A stretch of 64,000 bases of DNA from Alistipes sp. (GTDB taxonomy: Bacteria; Bacteroidota; Bacteroidia; Bacteroidales; Rikenellaceae), in NCBI GenBank assembly GCA_036652255.1, contig JAVVWE010000003.1, positions 70,725 to 134,724 on the forward strand. The letters run 5' to 3'. The notes beneath the pieces are model-generated. The model was not told where the DNA came from and searched no databases. It saw nothing but the letters and a program-made list of their open reading frames with translations. The translations under genes and the position numbers were made by a program. Each line of letters begins with the position of its first letter. The first letter of the stretch is position 1. Below are positions 1 to 9,311 of this stretch, piece by piece.

Positions 1-329
1 TCGGCACTCCACTTTGGATCGACATTGTTGGAGGCTGTGTCGGTCAGTGTGGTGATGACTTTTGAGTTGATGATTTCAAGCAAAATTTGTGTCACACCGC
101 GATTTTCTGCCATGTTATAGTTTGTGACGGTGTAGAGAAGTGTGGTGCCGTCGGGCGAGAGCGACGACGAGCCTGCGCGCGTTATCTTCCAGAGTACCTC
201 CGGAGTCAAAATGCCCGCTTCAATCTCGGTTGGAGTGAGCGCATTGTCAAGGGCGAGGGGCTGCGGACGCTCGGCGCACCCCGCCATTGCTAAAGCTGCG
301 ATAGCCATGAATTGTAGGATTTTTTTCAT
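1..329 (-). CDS. N-terminal part of probable S9-family (prolyl oligopeptidase-like) lipoprotein peptidase; runs off left edge
   Basis: Not in ORF track. Manual translation from ATG at 329: MKKILQFMAIAALAMAGC (lipobox) ...LTPEVLWKITRAGSSSLSPDGTTLLYTVT...NVDPKWSA, typical beta-propeller SPDG/PKWS repeats. Catalytic domain is outside the window. Confidence 0.75.
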   Translation of the reverse strand, partial: MKKILQFMAIAALAMAGCAERPQPLALDNALTPTEIEAGILTPEVLWKITRAGSSSLSPDGTTLLYTVTNYNMAENRGVTQILLEIINSKVITTLTDTASNNVDPKWSA

Positions 330-382
330 TTTAAGTTTTGGTTTATTTCATTTATTTCTATCTTTGTTCCAAACAACGCCCT

Positions 383-982
383 ATGAATCATACCATCTAT
401 TTTGCAGATAAGTCAGTGACATTCACTGCGATAGAGCCTTCAGAACCTTGTTTTATCCTTCACCTTGAGGCGCAGGAGCGGGTTTGCAAAGCGAAAATAC
501 TCAAAATTCTTGAAATACAAAATTTTATTTTTGTTGTTTCATCCGATGCCGACGCTGCATTTGCTGCATTTGCCACCGAATTTGTGGCTGTTGAGGCGGC
601 GGGTGGCGTGACCGTGAATGGACGTGGCGAGTGGCTCATGATCCACCGTAACGGTCGCTGGGATCTGCCCAAGGGACACCTCGAGATGGGTGAAACGCTT
701 GAGCAGTGCGCTGCGCGTGAGGTGAGTGAGGAGACTGGAGTGCAAGGAGTACAAATTGTACGTCATCTGTGCAACACGCTGCATGGCTATTTGTTACGTG
801 GAGTGTGGGAGCTGAAATGCACCCATTGGTACGCCTTGTGCACCGAGAGCGACGTGGCTCTTAAGCCTCAAATAGAGGAGGGCATTCACATTGCGTGTTG
901 GTGTTCGCCGACGCAGGTGCAGGAGAATCTCGCAGATACATTTCCAACCATTCGTCAAGTGGCAGCGCAAATGCGGCAGTAA
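383..982 (+). CDS. NUDIX hydrolase
   Basis: Nudix box GHLEMGETLEQCAAREVSEETG; WDLPKG. Start moved to ATG 383 because TATCTTTG promoter box lies at 359-366. Confidence 0.9.
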   Translation: MNHTIYFADKSVTFTAIEPSEPCFILHLEAQERVCKAKILKILEIQNFIFVVSSDADAAFAAFATEFVAVEAAGGVTVNGRGEWLMIHRNGRWDLPKGHLEMGETLEQCAAREVSEETGVQGVQIVRHLCNTLHGYLLRGVWELKCTHWYALCTESDVALKPQIEEGIHIACWCSPTQVQENLADTFPTIRQVAAQMRQ

Positions 983-1011
983 TTTTGTTTTGCAACCCCC
1001 GCAATTTTACG

Positions 1012-1416
1012 CTACGCGCCTTGATTCATGGCAATGGCGATGCCTTCGGCTATCTGGTCGAGTGCGCCTTGTATCTTGTTGCCAATCATCATTTTCATCA
1101 TCATGTTCAACTCCATGTTGAGCACCAAACGCATCCGCGTGTCGTATGCTGAAACTGAGTGTAACTGAATCCAAAAGGCAAAATCTATTGGAATACCATC
1201 GCCTTCAATTTTTACGTGTTTGGGTGCCACGCGCTCGGTCATGCGCAGTTTTACGCTGAAGCCTTTGGCTTTGAATGAGCAGGTATCCTCGGTGGCTTGC
1301 CACTCCTCGACTTTGTCTGCCACGGCGGGCGTAAGGTTGTCGAAGCGGCTGATGACGGCGAAAATCTGCTCTGCCGACCGAGCAATTTGATGCTGTTTGG
1401 ATTCGTATGTCTGCAT
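1012..1416 (-). CDS. SRPBCC/polyketide-cyclase-like small protein
   Basis: 134 aa; pattern resembles Bacteroidota SRPBCC proteins; in line with porX-tsaE. Confidence 0.65.
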   Translation of the reverse strand: MQTYESKQHQIARSAEQIFAVISRFDNLTPAVADKVEEWQATEDTCSFKAKGFSVKLRMTERVAPKHVKIEGDGIPIDFAFWIQLHSVSAYDTRMRLVLNMELNMMMKMMIGNKIQGALDQIAEGIAIAMNQGA

Positions 1417-1427
1417 TTCACTTAATG

Positions 1428-1844
1428 TTAGTCTATTTCAAAGGTGCGCTCATCTTCCGAGTCGGCAGTGATGCGCACCGTCATTACCCCTTCGGGCAGG
1501 AGCTCTTCGACCTTCTCGGGCCACTCTACAAGGCATAAATCGCCCGAATAGAAGTACTCTTCGTAACCGAAATCGTATGCCTCTTCGATGCGATTGATAC
1601 GATAAAAATCGAAATGATAGATGATACGCCCGCCTGTGCCAGAATATTGGTTGATGATGGCGAATGTGGGGCTGGTGACGGTGTCGGTGGCTCCTAATTG
1701 AGCTACAATTTCGCGAATAAGGGTGGTCTTTCCTGCCCCCATTGCACCGCGAAAAACGACAACTGTCCGCTTGCCGAGGGAGTGAATGACTGCCTCGGCT
1801 ACTTCAGGAAGCTCCGTGAGGGAGTTGATATGAATCGTTTCCAT
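1428..1844 (-). CDS. tsaE: tRNA t6A biosynthesis ATPase TsaE
   Basis: GAMGAGKTT, VTSPTFAIINQY, HFDFYR, VEWPE motifs. Confidence 0.97.
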   Translation of the reverse strand: METIHINSLTELPEVAEAVIHSLGKRTVVVFRGAMGAGKTTLIREIVAQLGATDTVTSPTFAIINQYSGTGGRIIYHFDFYRINRIEEAYDFGYEEYFYSGDLCLVEWPEKVEELLPEGVMTVRITADSEDERTFEID

Positions 1845-1848
1845 AGAG

Positions 1849-3399
1849 CTATTTTTTTGGTTTTAGTACGATATAAGGAACCAGCATCTCTTCCATCGAG
1901 ATGCCACCGTGTTGGAAGGTGTTGCGGTAGTAACGTATGTGACGATTTGCGTCGTTGTTGTAGATTAGAAAATCGCGGTTGTAGGCGAAGATATAGCTCG
2001 ATGAGAGGTTGCTCGACGGTAGCTGAATATCTTCGGGGTGTTGCACTTCGTAGACCTCGCGCGAGTTGTATGCCATGTTGCGCCCTGTTTTGTAGCGCAG
2101 GTTGGCAGAGGTCTCGCGGTCGCCCGTCACCTTAACGGGGTTGTCCACACGAATGGTTCCGTGGTCGGAGGTAATCACTACGGTGTGCCCCTGCTCCGAG
2201 AGCATCTTGAGAATGGTGAACAAATCGGAGTGCTCGAACCACGAGCGGGTGAGCGAGCGGAAGGATGCTTCGTCCTCGGTCAGCTCGCGGATGATGTCGG
2301 TCTCGGTGCGGGCGTGGGAGAGAATGTCGAGGAAGTTGTAGACGATGACCGAAAAATCGGCATCGTAAACGCGCTGGATGTTGTCGATTAATTTGCGCCC
2401 TGCTTCGGGACGCACCAATTTATCGAAAGTCCACTTCCAAGCCTTGCCGTTCTGGGTGAGCAGGCGTTTCAAAAAATCCTCCTCGTATTGATTTTTGCCC
2501 CCCTCTTCGTTGTCGTTGAGCCACAAGTTGGGCATCAATTTGTCGATTGCCAGCGGCATGAGCCCCGCGAATATCGCATTGCGAGCGTATTGCGTGGCGG
2601 TGGGTAGGATGGCACAATAAAATTCGTCGGTCACCACATCGTAGTAGCCGCGCAGCAAGGAGTAGATGGATCGCCACTGGTCGTAGCGGAAGTTGTCGAT
2701 GAGCAGCAGGGTGGTCTTTGTCGACTCGTCGGCTACCGGGAAGACCTTCGTGCGCAGGAGAGTGTGCGACATGGTGGGGCTTTCATCGCTGCGTTTGTTG
2801 ATCCAATTATAGTAGTTGCGCCGCACGAATTTGCAAAATTCCTGATTTGCCTCCCCTTTTTGGTAGGTCAGCACCTCGTGAATGCCCGAATCACTGGAGT
2901 CTGCCAACTCAATCTCCCAGTTGGTAATCCGGCGGTAGAGTGAGCACCAGTCGGCAAAGGAGTCCGCCATCTGCAACGATGAGGATATCCGTCCAAACTC
3001 GGAGCGGTAGTCCGCTGTGGTCTGCTCGGTGATGAGTTGTTGCTGGTGTACGTTTTTCTTGATTGAGAGTAGTACTTGGTTGGGGTTCACAGGCTTGATA
3101 AGGTAGTCGGCAATCTTCGATCCGACAGCTTTGTCCATGATGTTCTCCTCTTCGCTCTTGGTGACCATGATTACGGGGGTCGAGGGGCGTATTTCCTTGA
3201 TTTTAGGGAGGGTTTCGAGCCCCGTCATGCCGGGCATCATCTCGTCGAGGATAATCAGGTCGTAGGCACCTTCTCCCGCCATATCTATGGCATCGTAACC
3301 GTTGTTGCAGGTATCGACTTCGTACCCTTTTTGTTTCAAAAACAGCACGTGGGGCTTCAATAACTCCACCTCATCATCTACCCAAAGTATCTTTACCAT
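1849..3399 (-). CDS. porX: PorX-type response regulator with PglZ (alkaline-phosphatase-fold) domain
   Basis: Receiver domain (WVDDE, ILDEMMPG) plus LIDNFRYDQW, LPTATQYARNAIFAG, TSDHG, FQHGGISMEEM; porX-tsaE adjacency is typical of Bacteroidota. Confidence 0.95.
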   Translation of the reverse strand: MVKILWVDDEVELLKPHVLFLKQKGYEVDTCNNGYDAIDMAGEGAYDLIILDEMMPGMTGLETLPKIKEIRPSTPVIMVTKSEEENIMDKAVGSKIADYLIKPVNPNQVLLSIKKNVHQQQLITEQTTADYRSEFGRISSSLQMADSFADWCSLYRRITNWEIELADSSDSGIHEVLTYQKGEANQEFCKFVRRNYYNWINKRSDESPTMSHTLLRTKVFPVADESTKTTLLLIDNFRYDQWRSIYSLLRGYYDVVTDEFYCAILPTATQYARNAIFAGLMPLAIDKLMPNLWLNDNEEGGKNQYEEDFLKRLLTQNGKAWKWTFDKLVRPEAGRKLIDNIQRVYDADFSVIVYNFLDILSHARTETDIIRELTEDEASFRSLTRSWFEHSDLFTILKMLSEQGHTVVITSDHGTIRVDNPVKVTGDRETSANLRYKTGRNMAYNSREVYEVQHPEDIQLPSSNLSSSYIFAYNRDFLIYNNDANRHIRYYRNTFQHGGISMEEMLVPYIVLKPKK

Positions 3400-3423
3400 C
3401 TGTCGCTTCCTCCTTTAATTATA

Positions 3424-3431
3424 CAAAAGTA
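3424..3431 (-). promoter_or_regulatory. -7 box for porX operon
   Basis: TACTTTTG on minus strand, 24 nt before ATG. Confidence 0.7.
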
Positions 3432-3655
3432 ATTATTTTCTATAAGAATGCGAAATCTGCGCAAATATTGTGCTGCTGAGCGGTTATTTTTCGGACGGTG
3501 AATCGAGGGCGATAAGCGATTGAATAACACTCTGTTAATTTTTATTCGACTTTTGCTCGGTATTTGTTATCCTATTGAAATCGTGAGTGATAAGGTGAAA
3601 AAGAAAAAAGATAAAAAAAAAATCGCTCTTTATTGGCGAATAATCAAATAAACAG

Positions 3656-3663
3656 TATATTTG
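3656..3663 (+). promoter_or_regulatory. Bacteroidota sigma-A -7 box for hup operon
   Basis: TATATTTG (TAnnTTTG), 39 nt before hup ATG. Confidence 0.7.
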
Positions 3664-3702
3664 CAGTCCCTAAAGAAACTTAATTTTTAAATACATATAG
3701 AT

Positions 3703-3975
3703 ATGACAAAGGCAGATATCGTCAGCAAAATTGCAAAGAGCACCGGCGTCGAGAAGGTGCAAGTGCAGACTATCGTGGAGGCTTTCATGGAAGGCGTCAA
3801 AGATTCTCTCGCAGAGCAAAACAATGTTTACCTCCGAGGCTTCGGTAGCTTTATTGTGAAGAAGCGCGCTCAGAAGGTAGCACGTAACATCTCGAAGAAG
3901 ACAACGATCACTATCCCCGCACACAGCATCCCGGCGTTTAAACCCGCTAAGTGCTTCAGTGCGAAGGTGAAATAA
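3703..3975 (+). CDS. hup: HU family DNA-binding protein
   Basis: MTKADIV, VYLRGFGSF, ARNISK, PAFKP. Confidence 0.95.
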   Translation: MTKADIVSKIAKSTGVEKVQVQTIVEAFMEGVKDSLAEQNNVYLRGFGSFIVKKRAQKVARNISKKTTITIPAHSIPAFKPAKCFSAKVK

Positions 3976-4011
3976 ATGAAGTAAACACAGTAATTCTAAA
4001 ATCAAACAACT

Positions 4012-4101
4012 ATGCCAAGCGGTAAAAAAAGAAAAGGGCATAAGATGGCTACCCACAAGCGCAAAAAACGTCTGCGCAAGAATCGTCACAAGAAAAAATA
4101 A
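4012..4101 (+). CDS. 29-aa basic protein of AURKAIP1/COX24 (bS22/mS38-like) family
   Basis: Below the ORF-track size cutoff. Translates MPSGKKRKGHKMATHKRKKRLRKNRHKKK; A-rich leader; sits between HU and RNase E/G genes. Confidence 0.9.
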   Translation: MPSGKKRKGHKMATHKRKKRLRKNRHKKK

Positions 4102-4360
4102 GGGTAGCACCTTAGTGCTAAACGATAGATAAAGCTAAAGGGGCACGCGCTCTTTTAGCTTTACCTATTTAGAGTTCCTCAAAGTTTTTTAGCTCCTTGA
4201 TGTGTTTCGGAGCCTCCCGAACCATCCCGAACCAATTTCCAAAATTGCTCTTCATTAAGAGCTCAACATTGGAGTTATCCGCCACTTCATACCAAAAGGC
4301 GGCTCATACAAACAATTTCAATACGCCGTACTGCCGCCTCCGGATACGGATTATACATAG

Positions 4361-5914
4361 ATGAATAGAGAATTAGTAATTAACGTAAACCCGACCGAAA
4401 TTTCGATCGCCTTGTGTGAAGACAAAGTACTTGTCGAACTCAACAAGGAGCAGTGTCAGACCGGCTTTGCCGTGGGGGACATCTACTTGGGTAAAGTACG
4501 TAAAATCATGCCCGGCTTGAACGCGGCATTTGTAAATATAGGACACGAAAAGGACGCTTTTATCCACTATCTCGATTTGGGGTCGCAATTTTCTTCGTTG
4601 CATAAGTTAGTCGGCTCGCAACAACCCGGCAAGCGAGGGCTGAAGTTGGAGGCGATGAAGCTCGAACCGGTCATCGAAAAGCAGGGTAAAATCAATACCT
4701 ACCTCGAAGTGGGGCAGACCGTGATGGTGCAAATTGCCAAAGAGGCAATTTCGACCAAAGGTCCGCGCTTGACTGCCGACATCTCGTTGGCAGGACGCAA
4801 CGTGGTGTTGGTGCCCTTCACCTCGAAGGTGTTTCTCTCGCAGAAGATTCGTTCGGTGGAGGAGAAAAAACGGCTAAAGCGGATTGCTGCGGCTGTGCTT
4901 CCTCCCAATTTTGGAGTCATTATTCGTACGGCAGCCATCGAGGCGAAGGACGAAGATATCGAGAGCGACATCCGTACGCAGCTGGAACGTTGGAATAAAA
5001 CGGTGCAGAATATCCGAAAGAAACCGGCTCCTGCGCTGCTCATGGGCGAGTTGAATCGTGCCAATACCATCATTCGCGACACCCTCAATGGTTCGTTTTC
5101 ACAGATTGTTGTGGACGACGATGCGTTGTTCAACGACATCCGCAATTACGTGCAGGAGATTGATCCTGAAATGATGAAAATTGTCAAATTGTACCGCGGC
5201 AACGTGCCTATCTTTGACAATTTCGACATCTCGAAGCAGATAAAATCACTCTTTGCTAAATTTGTCTCGTTGCGCCGCGGAGCCTACCTTATTATTGAGC
5301 ACACGGAGGCGATGAACGTCATTGATGTCAACTCGGGCAATCGCACAAAAGCAGAAGACAATCAAGAGCAAACCGCTATGGATGTGAACCTTGCGGCTGC
5401 GACAGAGATTGCACGTCAACTGCGTCTGCGCGACTTGGGCGGCATTGTGATTATCGACTTCATCGACCTGCATAAAGCAACGAATCGGCAGGCGTTGTAC
5501 GATGAGATGGTGAAATTGATGATTACCGACAAAGCAAAACATACGGTCTTGCCTCTGACCAAATTCGGTCTGATGCAGATTACACGTCAGCGTGTGCGTC
5601 CTGTGGCAGTCGAGGAGGTCTCGGATCTCTGTCCTACCTGCAACGGTACGGGCAAAATTGAACCTACGGTGTTGTTGGATAAGAAGATAGAGAACCAAAT
5701 TTCGTTCCTCTCGCAGGATCGCAAACAGAAATATATCAAATTGGTCGTCAGCCCTTACGTGGCATCATACCTCTGCAAGGGACTTATTTCGCTCCGCCGA
5801 CGATGGCAGTGGCGTTACAAAACAGATATTCAGATTGTGGCGGATCAAAGTGTTGGTATTGTCGATGTACATTACCGAGATAAGAAAGGTGCCGATCTGA
5901 TTAATAAAGCATAG
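4361..5914 (+). CDS. rng: Rne/Rng family ribonuclease
   Basis: GDIYLGKV, AAFVNIG, VIDVNSG, RLRDLGGIVIIDFID, CPTCNGTG. Confidence 0.95.
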   Translation: MNRELVINVNPTEISIALCEDKVLVELNKEQCQTGFAVGDIYLGKVRKIMPGLNAAFVNIGHEKDAFIHYLDLGSQFSSLHKLVGSQQPGKRGLKLEAMKLEPVIEKQGKINTYLEVGQTVMVQIAKEAISTKGPRLTADISLAGRNVVLVPFTSKVFLSQKIRSVEEKKRLKRIAAAVLPPNFGVIIRTAAIEAKDEDIESDIRTQLERWNKTVQNIRKKPAPALLMGELNRANTIIRDTLNGSFSQIVVDDDALFNDIRNYVQEIDPEMMKIVKLYRGNVPIFDNFDISKQIKSLFAKFVSLRRGAYLIIEHTEAMNVIDVNSGNRTKAEDNQEQTAMDVNLAAATEIARQLRLRDLGGIVIIDFIDLHKATNRQALYDEMVKLMITDKAKHTVLPLTKFGLMQITRQRVRPVAVEEVSDLCPTCNGTGKIEPTVLLDKKIENQISFLSQDRKQKYIKLVVSPYVASYLCKGLISLRRRWQWRYKTDIQIVADQSVGIVDVHYRDKKGADLINKA

Positions 5915-5963
5915 CGATAGAAATACGCTGCGAATCGCTCTTCTCGAAACGATTACATAGATT

Positions 5964-8900
5964 ATGACTGTCAGAGAGCAAATGGTGCAGCTTGCTGTGG
6001 GGTCGAAAAGCCTTGAGGCACTGTGCCATGAATACAAAAAAAAGAGTACTACCGTCCATCTTGAAGAGTTGGTCGGCGGTGCTCTTTCGTTTTATGCCGC
6101 GGCAGCCATTGCTCGCGTGGGAGGTGTGCACGTCTTTGTAGCCGAAGATCGCGATGCGGCAGCATACCTGCTCAACGACTTTTACGCTCTGCTCGATGAA
6201 TCGCGTATCTACTTTTTCCCCACCTCTTACAAGCGGTCGATTGCCTATGGTACGGAGGATGCGCAGGGGGTTGTGCAGCGCACCACGGTGCTTAATGCCC
6301 TTTATTCACACGGTGAGAAGAGCAATTCGGAGGCTGCATATACTGTCATTTGCACCTATCCCGAAGCCCTTGCTGAGCGGGTGGCTGATGCCGATAAGTT
6401 GCAACGCGAGACCATCACAGTTCACGTGGGTGAGACAATTTCGCCCGAATTGCTCGAACAAACGCTCGTTGAGGCGGGTTTCGTGCAGGTGGATTTTGTC
6501 TACGAACCGGGGCAATATTCGGTGCGTGGTGGTATTGTCGATGTTTTTTCGTACTCTGAAAGCAAACCCTATCGTGTCGATTTCTTTGGCGACGATGTCG
6601 ATTCTATTCGCCGTTTCAATATTTCGAGTCAGCTCTCTGCCGATAAACTCGACCAAATCGAGATTCTGCCTAACCTCAATGCACGTGAGGCGCGCAAAGT
6701 CTCCTTCGCGCAATTTGCGGGTGAAGATACCTCCTATTGGTTCTACGATGCGGACTATGTGCTGCGTCGTGTGAACGATGTGCGCCACAAGTTGTTGGGC
6801 GATTTGGACGAGCCGGAGCAGATTGACTCCTACGTCACCAGTCGCAACGGTTTGTTGGCAGACATGGCTTCGGGGCGTATTTTTACGTTGCGAGACAACC
6901 TCAAAGAGCGACCTGCCGAGGCGGTGGTGCGATTTGCTACTACCCCCCAACCGAAGTTCAATAAGAATTTTGAGATGCTGGCAGATGACTTGATTCGTAA
7001 TACGTTGCGCGGTTATAAAACCTATATTTTCTCCGAAAACAAAGCGCAAATAGAGCGTCTGCAAAATATTTTCCATCAATTGGGACGAGGGCAAGCGGAG
7101 GTCAATCCGCTCTCGCTTACGTTGCATGAAGGCTTTGTGGATAACGACTTGCACTCCTGTTTCTACACCGACCATCAGATTTTCGATCGCTACCAACGTT
7201 ACCGTATCAACGGCGAAATTCGGCGTGACGAGCAGATGACTATTGCCGAATTGAATCAGCTCAAGCCGGGCGATTATGTGGTGCATATCGACCATGGGGT
7301 GGGACGTTTCGATGGTTTGGTGAAAATCTCGGAGAACGGCAAGAGCCACGAGGCAATCAAATTAGTCTACAAAGACGGTGATGTGTTGTTTGTTAACGTT
7401 CACTCGTTGCATCGCATTGCGCGTTATAAGAGTGGCGACGGCGAGGCTCCCAAGGTCTATAAGTTAGGCAATGGCGCATGGCAAAAGCTCAAAAATGCGA
7501 CCAAGAAGGCGGTGAAGGACATCTCGCGCGAGCTGATTGCCCTCTATGCCCAACGCAAAGCCAGCAAAGGATTTGCCTTCACGCCCGACGGCTATTTACA
7601 GCATGAGTTGGAGGCTTCGTTCGCGTGGGAAGATACGCCCGATCAGCAAATTACGACGGCTGCGGTGAAGAAGGATATGGAGTCAGACCAACCGATGGAT
7701 CGATTGGTGTGTGGTGATGTGGGCTTCGGAAAGACCGAAATTGCAGTACGTGCCGCGTTCAAAGCCGCCACCGATGGCAAGCAGGTGGCGGTGTTGGTTC
7801 CGACCACGATTCTGGCTCTACAACATTACCGCTCGTTTTCCGAGCGGCTGCGCGATTTTCCGATTCGAGTGGAATATATCAATCGTACAAAGTCTTCACG
7901 TGATGTGGCTCAGATACTTACGGATTTGGCTTCGGGGCGAATTGATATCTTGATTGGCACGCAGAAGATGTTGGGCAAGAGTGTGAAATTCCGCGATTTG
8001 GGACTTTTAGTCATCGACGAAGAGCAGAAATTCGGTGTTGCAGCCAAGGAGAAGCTCACACAGATGAGTGTGGCGGTTGATACGTTGACCCTCACGGCAA
8101 CCCCCATTCCGCGTACGTTGCAATTCTCGTTGATGGGTTCGCGCGACTTGTCGGTTATATCGACTCCGCCACCCAATCGTCAGCCGATTCTTACCGAGTC
8201 GCACGTCTTCTCGGAGGAGATTATTCGCGATGCCATCAATGCCGAGTTGGAACGGGGTGGACAGGTCTATTTTGTGCACAACAAAGTCGATGATTTACTC
8301 TCGATACAGGGCATGGTGAGCCGTTTGTGTCCCAAGGCACGTGTAGCTGTCGGTCACGGTCGCATGGCTGCAGAAGAGTTGGAAAAGATGATTATGGACT
8401 TTATATATGGGGAGTTCGATGTGTTGATTTCGACTACGATTGTCGAGAACGGCATTGATATCCCCAATGCAAATACAATTATTGTCAACGACGCTCAGAA
8501 CTTCGGGTTGAGCGACCTGCATCAATTGCGGGGACGCGTGGGACGCAGCGACCGCAAGGCGTATTGTTACCTGCTTTCGCCTCCCGATGAACTACTGGGT
8601 TCGGATGCTCGTCGTCGCCTGCGCGCCATCGAGGAGTTCTCCGATTTGGGCTCCGGATTCAACATCGCAATGCAAGATTTGGACATTCGCGGTGCGGGTA
8701 ATTTGCTGGGTGCAGAACAGAGCGGTTTTATTGCTGATATTGGTTTTGAAACATACCAAAAGATTATGAATGAGGCTGTTGCTGAGTTGCGTGCCGAAGG
8801 TTTAGAGGTGGCTGGTTTGAGCCCGAATGAGCAGACGGTGGTGGAGCAAATGCACTTCATCGACGATGCCGCAATCGAACTCGATGTCGAAGCGGAGTTG

Positions 8901-9305
8901 CCCGATACCTACGTGCGTCAGAGTGCCGAGAAGCTCCGTTTGTACCGCGAATTAGACTCAACCAAGGACGAGCAGGCGTTGCAGCAATTCGAGGTGCGTT
9001 TGGTCGATCGCTTTGGTGCATTGCCCCGTGCGGCGGCCGAGTTGCTCAATGTGGTGCGCCTGCGTTGGGAGGCAATTCGTCTGGGTATGGAGCGCGTGAA
9101 GGTCAAAAATGGATTGATGATTGTCCACTTCGTGGGCGAGGCAAATTCGCCCTACTACAAGAGCGATATTTTCATGGAGATGTTGCGTTATGTGACTCAG
9201 CAGCCCAATCGCTTTGTCCTTAAGCAGCACAATAATAGATTGGCGATGACCGTTCGTAATATAAAGGATGTGGAAGAGGCTTACAAAGTTTTGCAAAAAT
9301 TATAA
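5964..9305 (+). CDS. mfd: Transcription-repair coupling factor
   Basis: VHIDHGVGRF (CarD/TRCF), DRLVCGDVGFGKTE, VIDEEQKFG, QLRGRVGRS, C-terminal TRCF domain. Confidence 0.98.
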   Translation: MTVREQMVQLAVGSKSLEALCHEYKKKSTTVHLEELVGGALSFYAAAAIARVGGVHVFVAEDRDAAAYLLNDFYALLDESRIYFFPTSYKRSIAYGTEDAQGVVQRTTVLNALYSHGEKSNSEAAYTVICTYPEALAERVADADKLQRETITVHVGETISPELLEQTLVEAGFVQVDFVYEPGQYSVRGGIVDVFSYSESKPYRVDFFGDDVDSIRRFNISSQLSADKLDQIEILPNLNAREARKVSFAQFAGEDTSYWFYDADYVLRRVNDVRHKLLGDLDEPEQIDSYVTSRNGLLADMASGRIFTLRDNLKERPAEAVVRFATTPQPKFNKNFEMLADDLIRNTLRGYKTYIFSENKAQIERLQNIFHQLGRGQAEVNPLSLTLHEGFVDNDLHSCFYTDHQIFDRYQRYRINGEIRRDEQMTIAELNQLKPGDYVVHIDHGVGRFDGLVKISENGKSHEAIKLVYKDGDVLFVNVHSLHRIARYKSGDGEAPKVYKLGNGAWQKLKNATKKAVKDISRELIALYAQRKASKGFAFTPDGYLQHELEASFAWEDTPDQQITTAAVKKDMESDQPMDRLVCGDVGFGKTEIAVRAAFKAATDGKQVAVLVPTTILALQHYRSFSERLRDFPIRVEYINRTKSSRDVAQILTDLASGRIDILIGTQKMLGKSVKFRDLGLLVIDEEQKFGVAAKEKLTQMSVAVDTLTLTATPIPRTLQFSLMGSRDLSVISTPPPNRQPILTESHVFSEEIIRDAINAELERGGQVYFVHNKVDDLLSIQGMVSRLCPKARVAVGHGRMAAEELEKMIMDFIYGEFDVLISTTIVENGIDIPNANTIIVNDAQNFGLSDLHQLRGRVGRSDRKAYCYLLSPPDELLGSDARRRLRAIEEFSDLGSGFNIAMQDLDIRGAGNLLGAEQSGFIADIGFETYQKIMNEAVAELRAEGLEVAGLSPNEQTVVEQMHFIDDAAIELDVEAELPDTYVRQSAEKLRLYRELDSTKDEQALQQFEVRLVDRFGALPRAAAELLNVVRLRWEAIRLGMERVKVKNGLMIVHFVGEANSPYYKSDIFMEMLRYVTQQPNRFVLKQHNNRLAMTVRNIKDVEEAYKVLQKL

Positions 9306-9311
9306 TAACGC

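Noticed and set aside
1849-3399. PglZ domain as a BREX defence system
   Set aside because: It is fused to a receiver domain and adjacent to tsaE (PorX context); no other brx genes.
4102-4360. tRNA or CRISPR interpretation of the hairpin-rich region
   Set aside because: No cloverleaf, T-loop or CCA; only a single 10-nt tandem duplication, with no repeat-spacer array and no cas genes.
6306-7349. 347-aa antisense ORF inside mfd; similar long antisense ORFs lie inside the TPR gene, lon and secA
   Set aside because: Shadow ORFs opposite conserved genes; no motifs and no promoter support.
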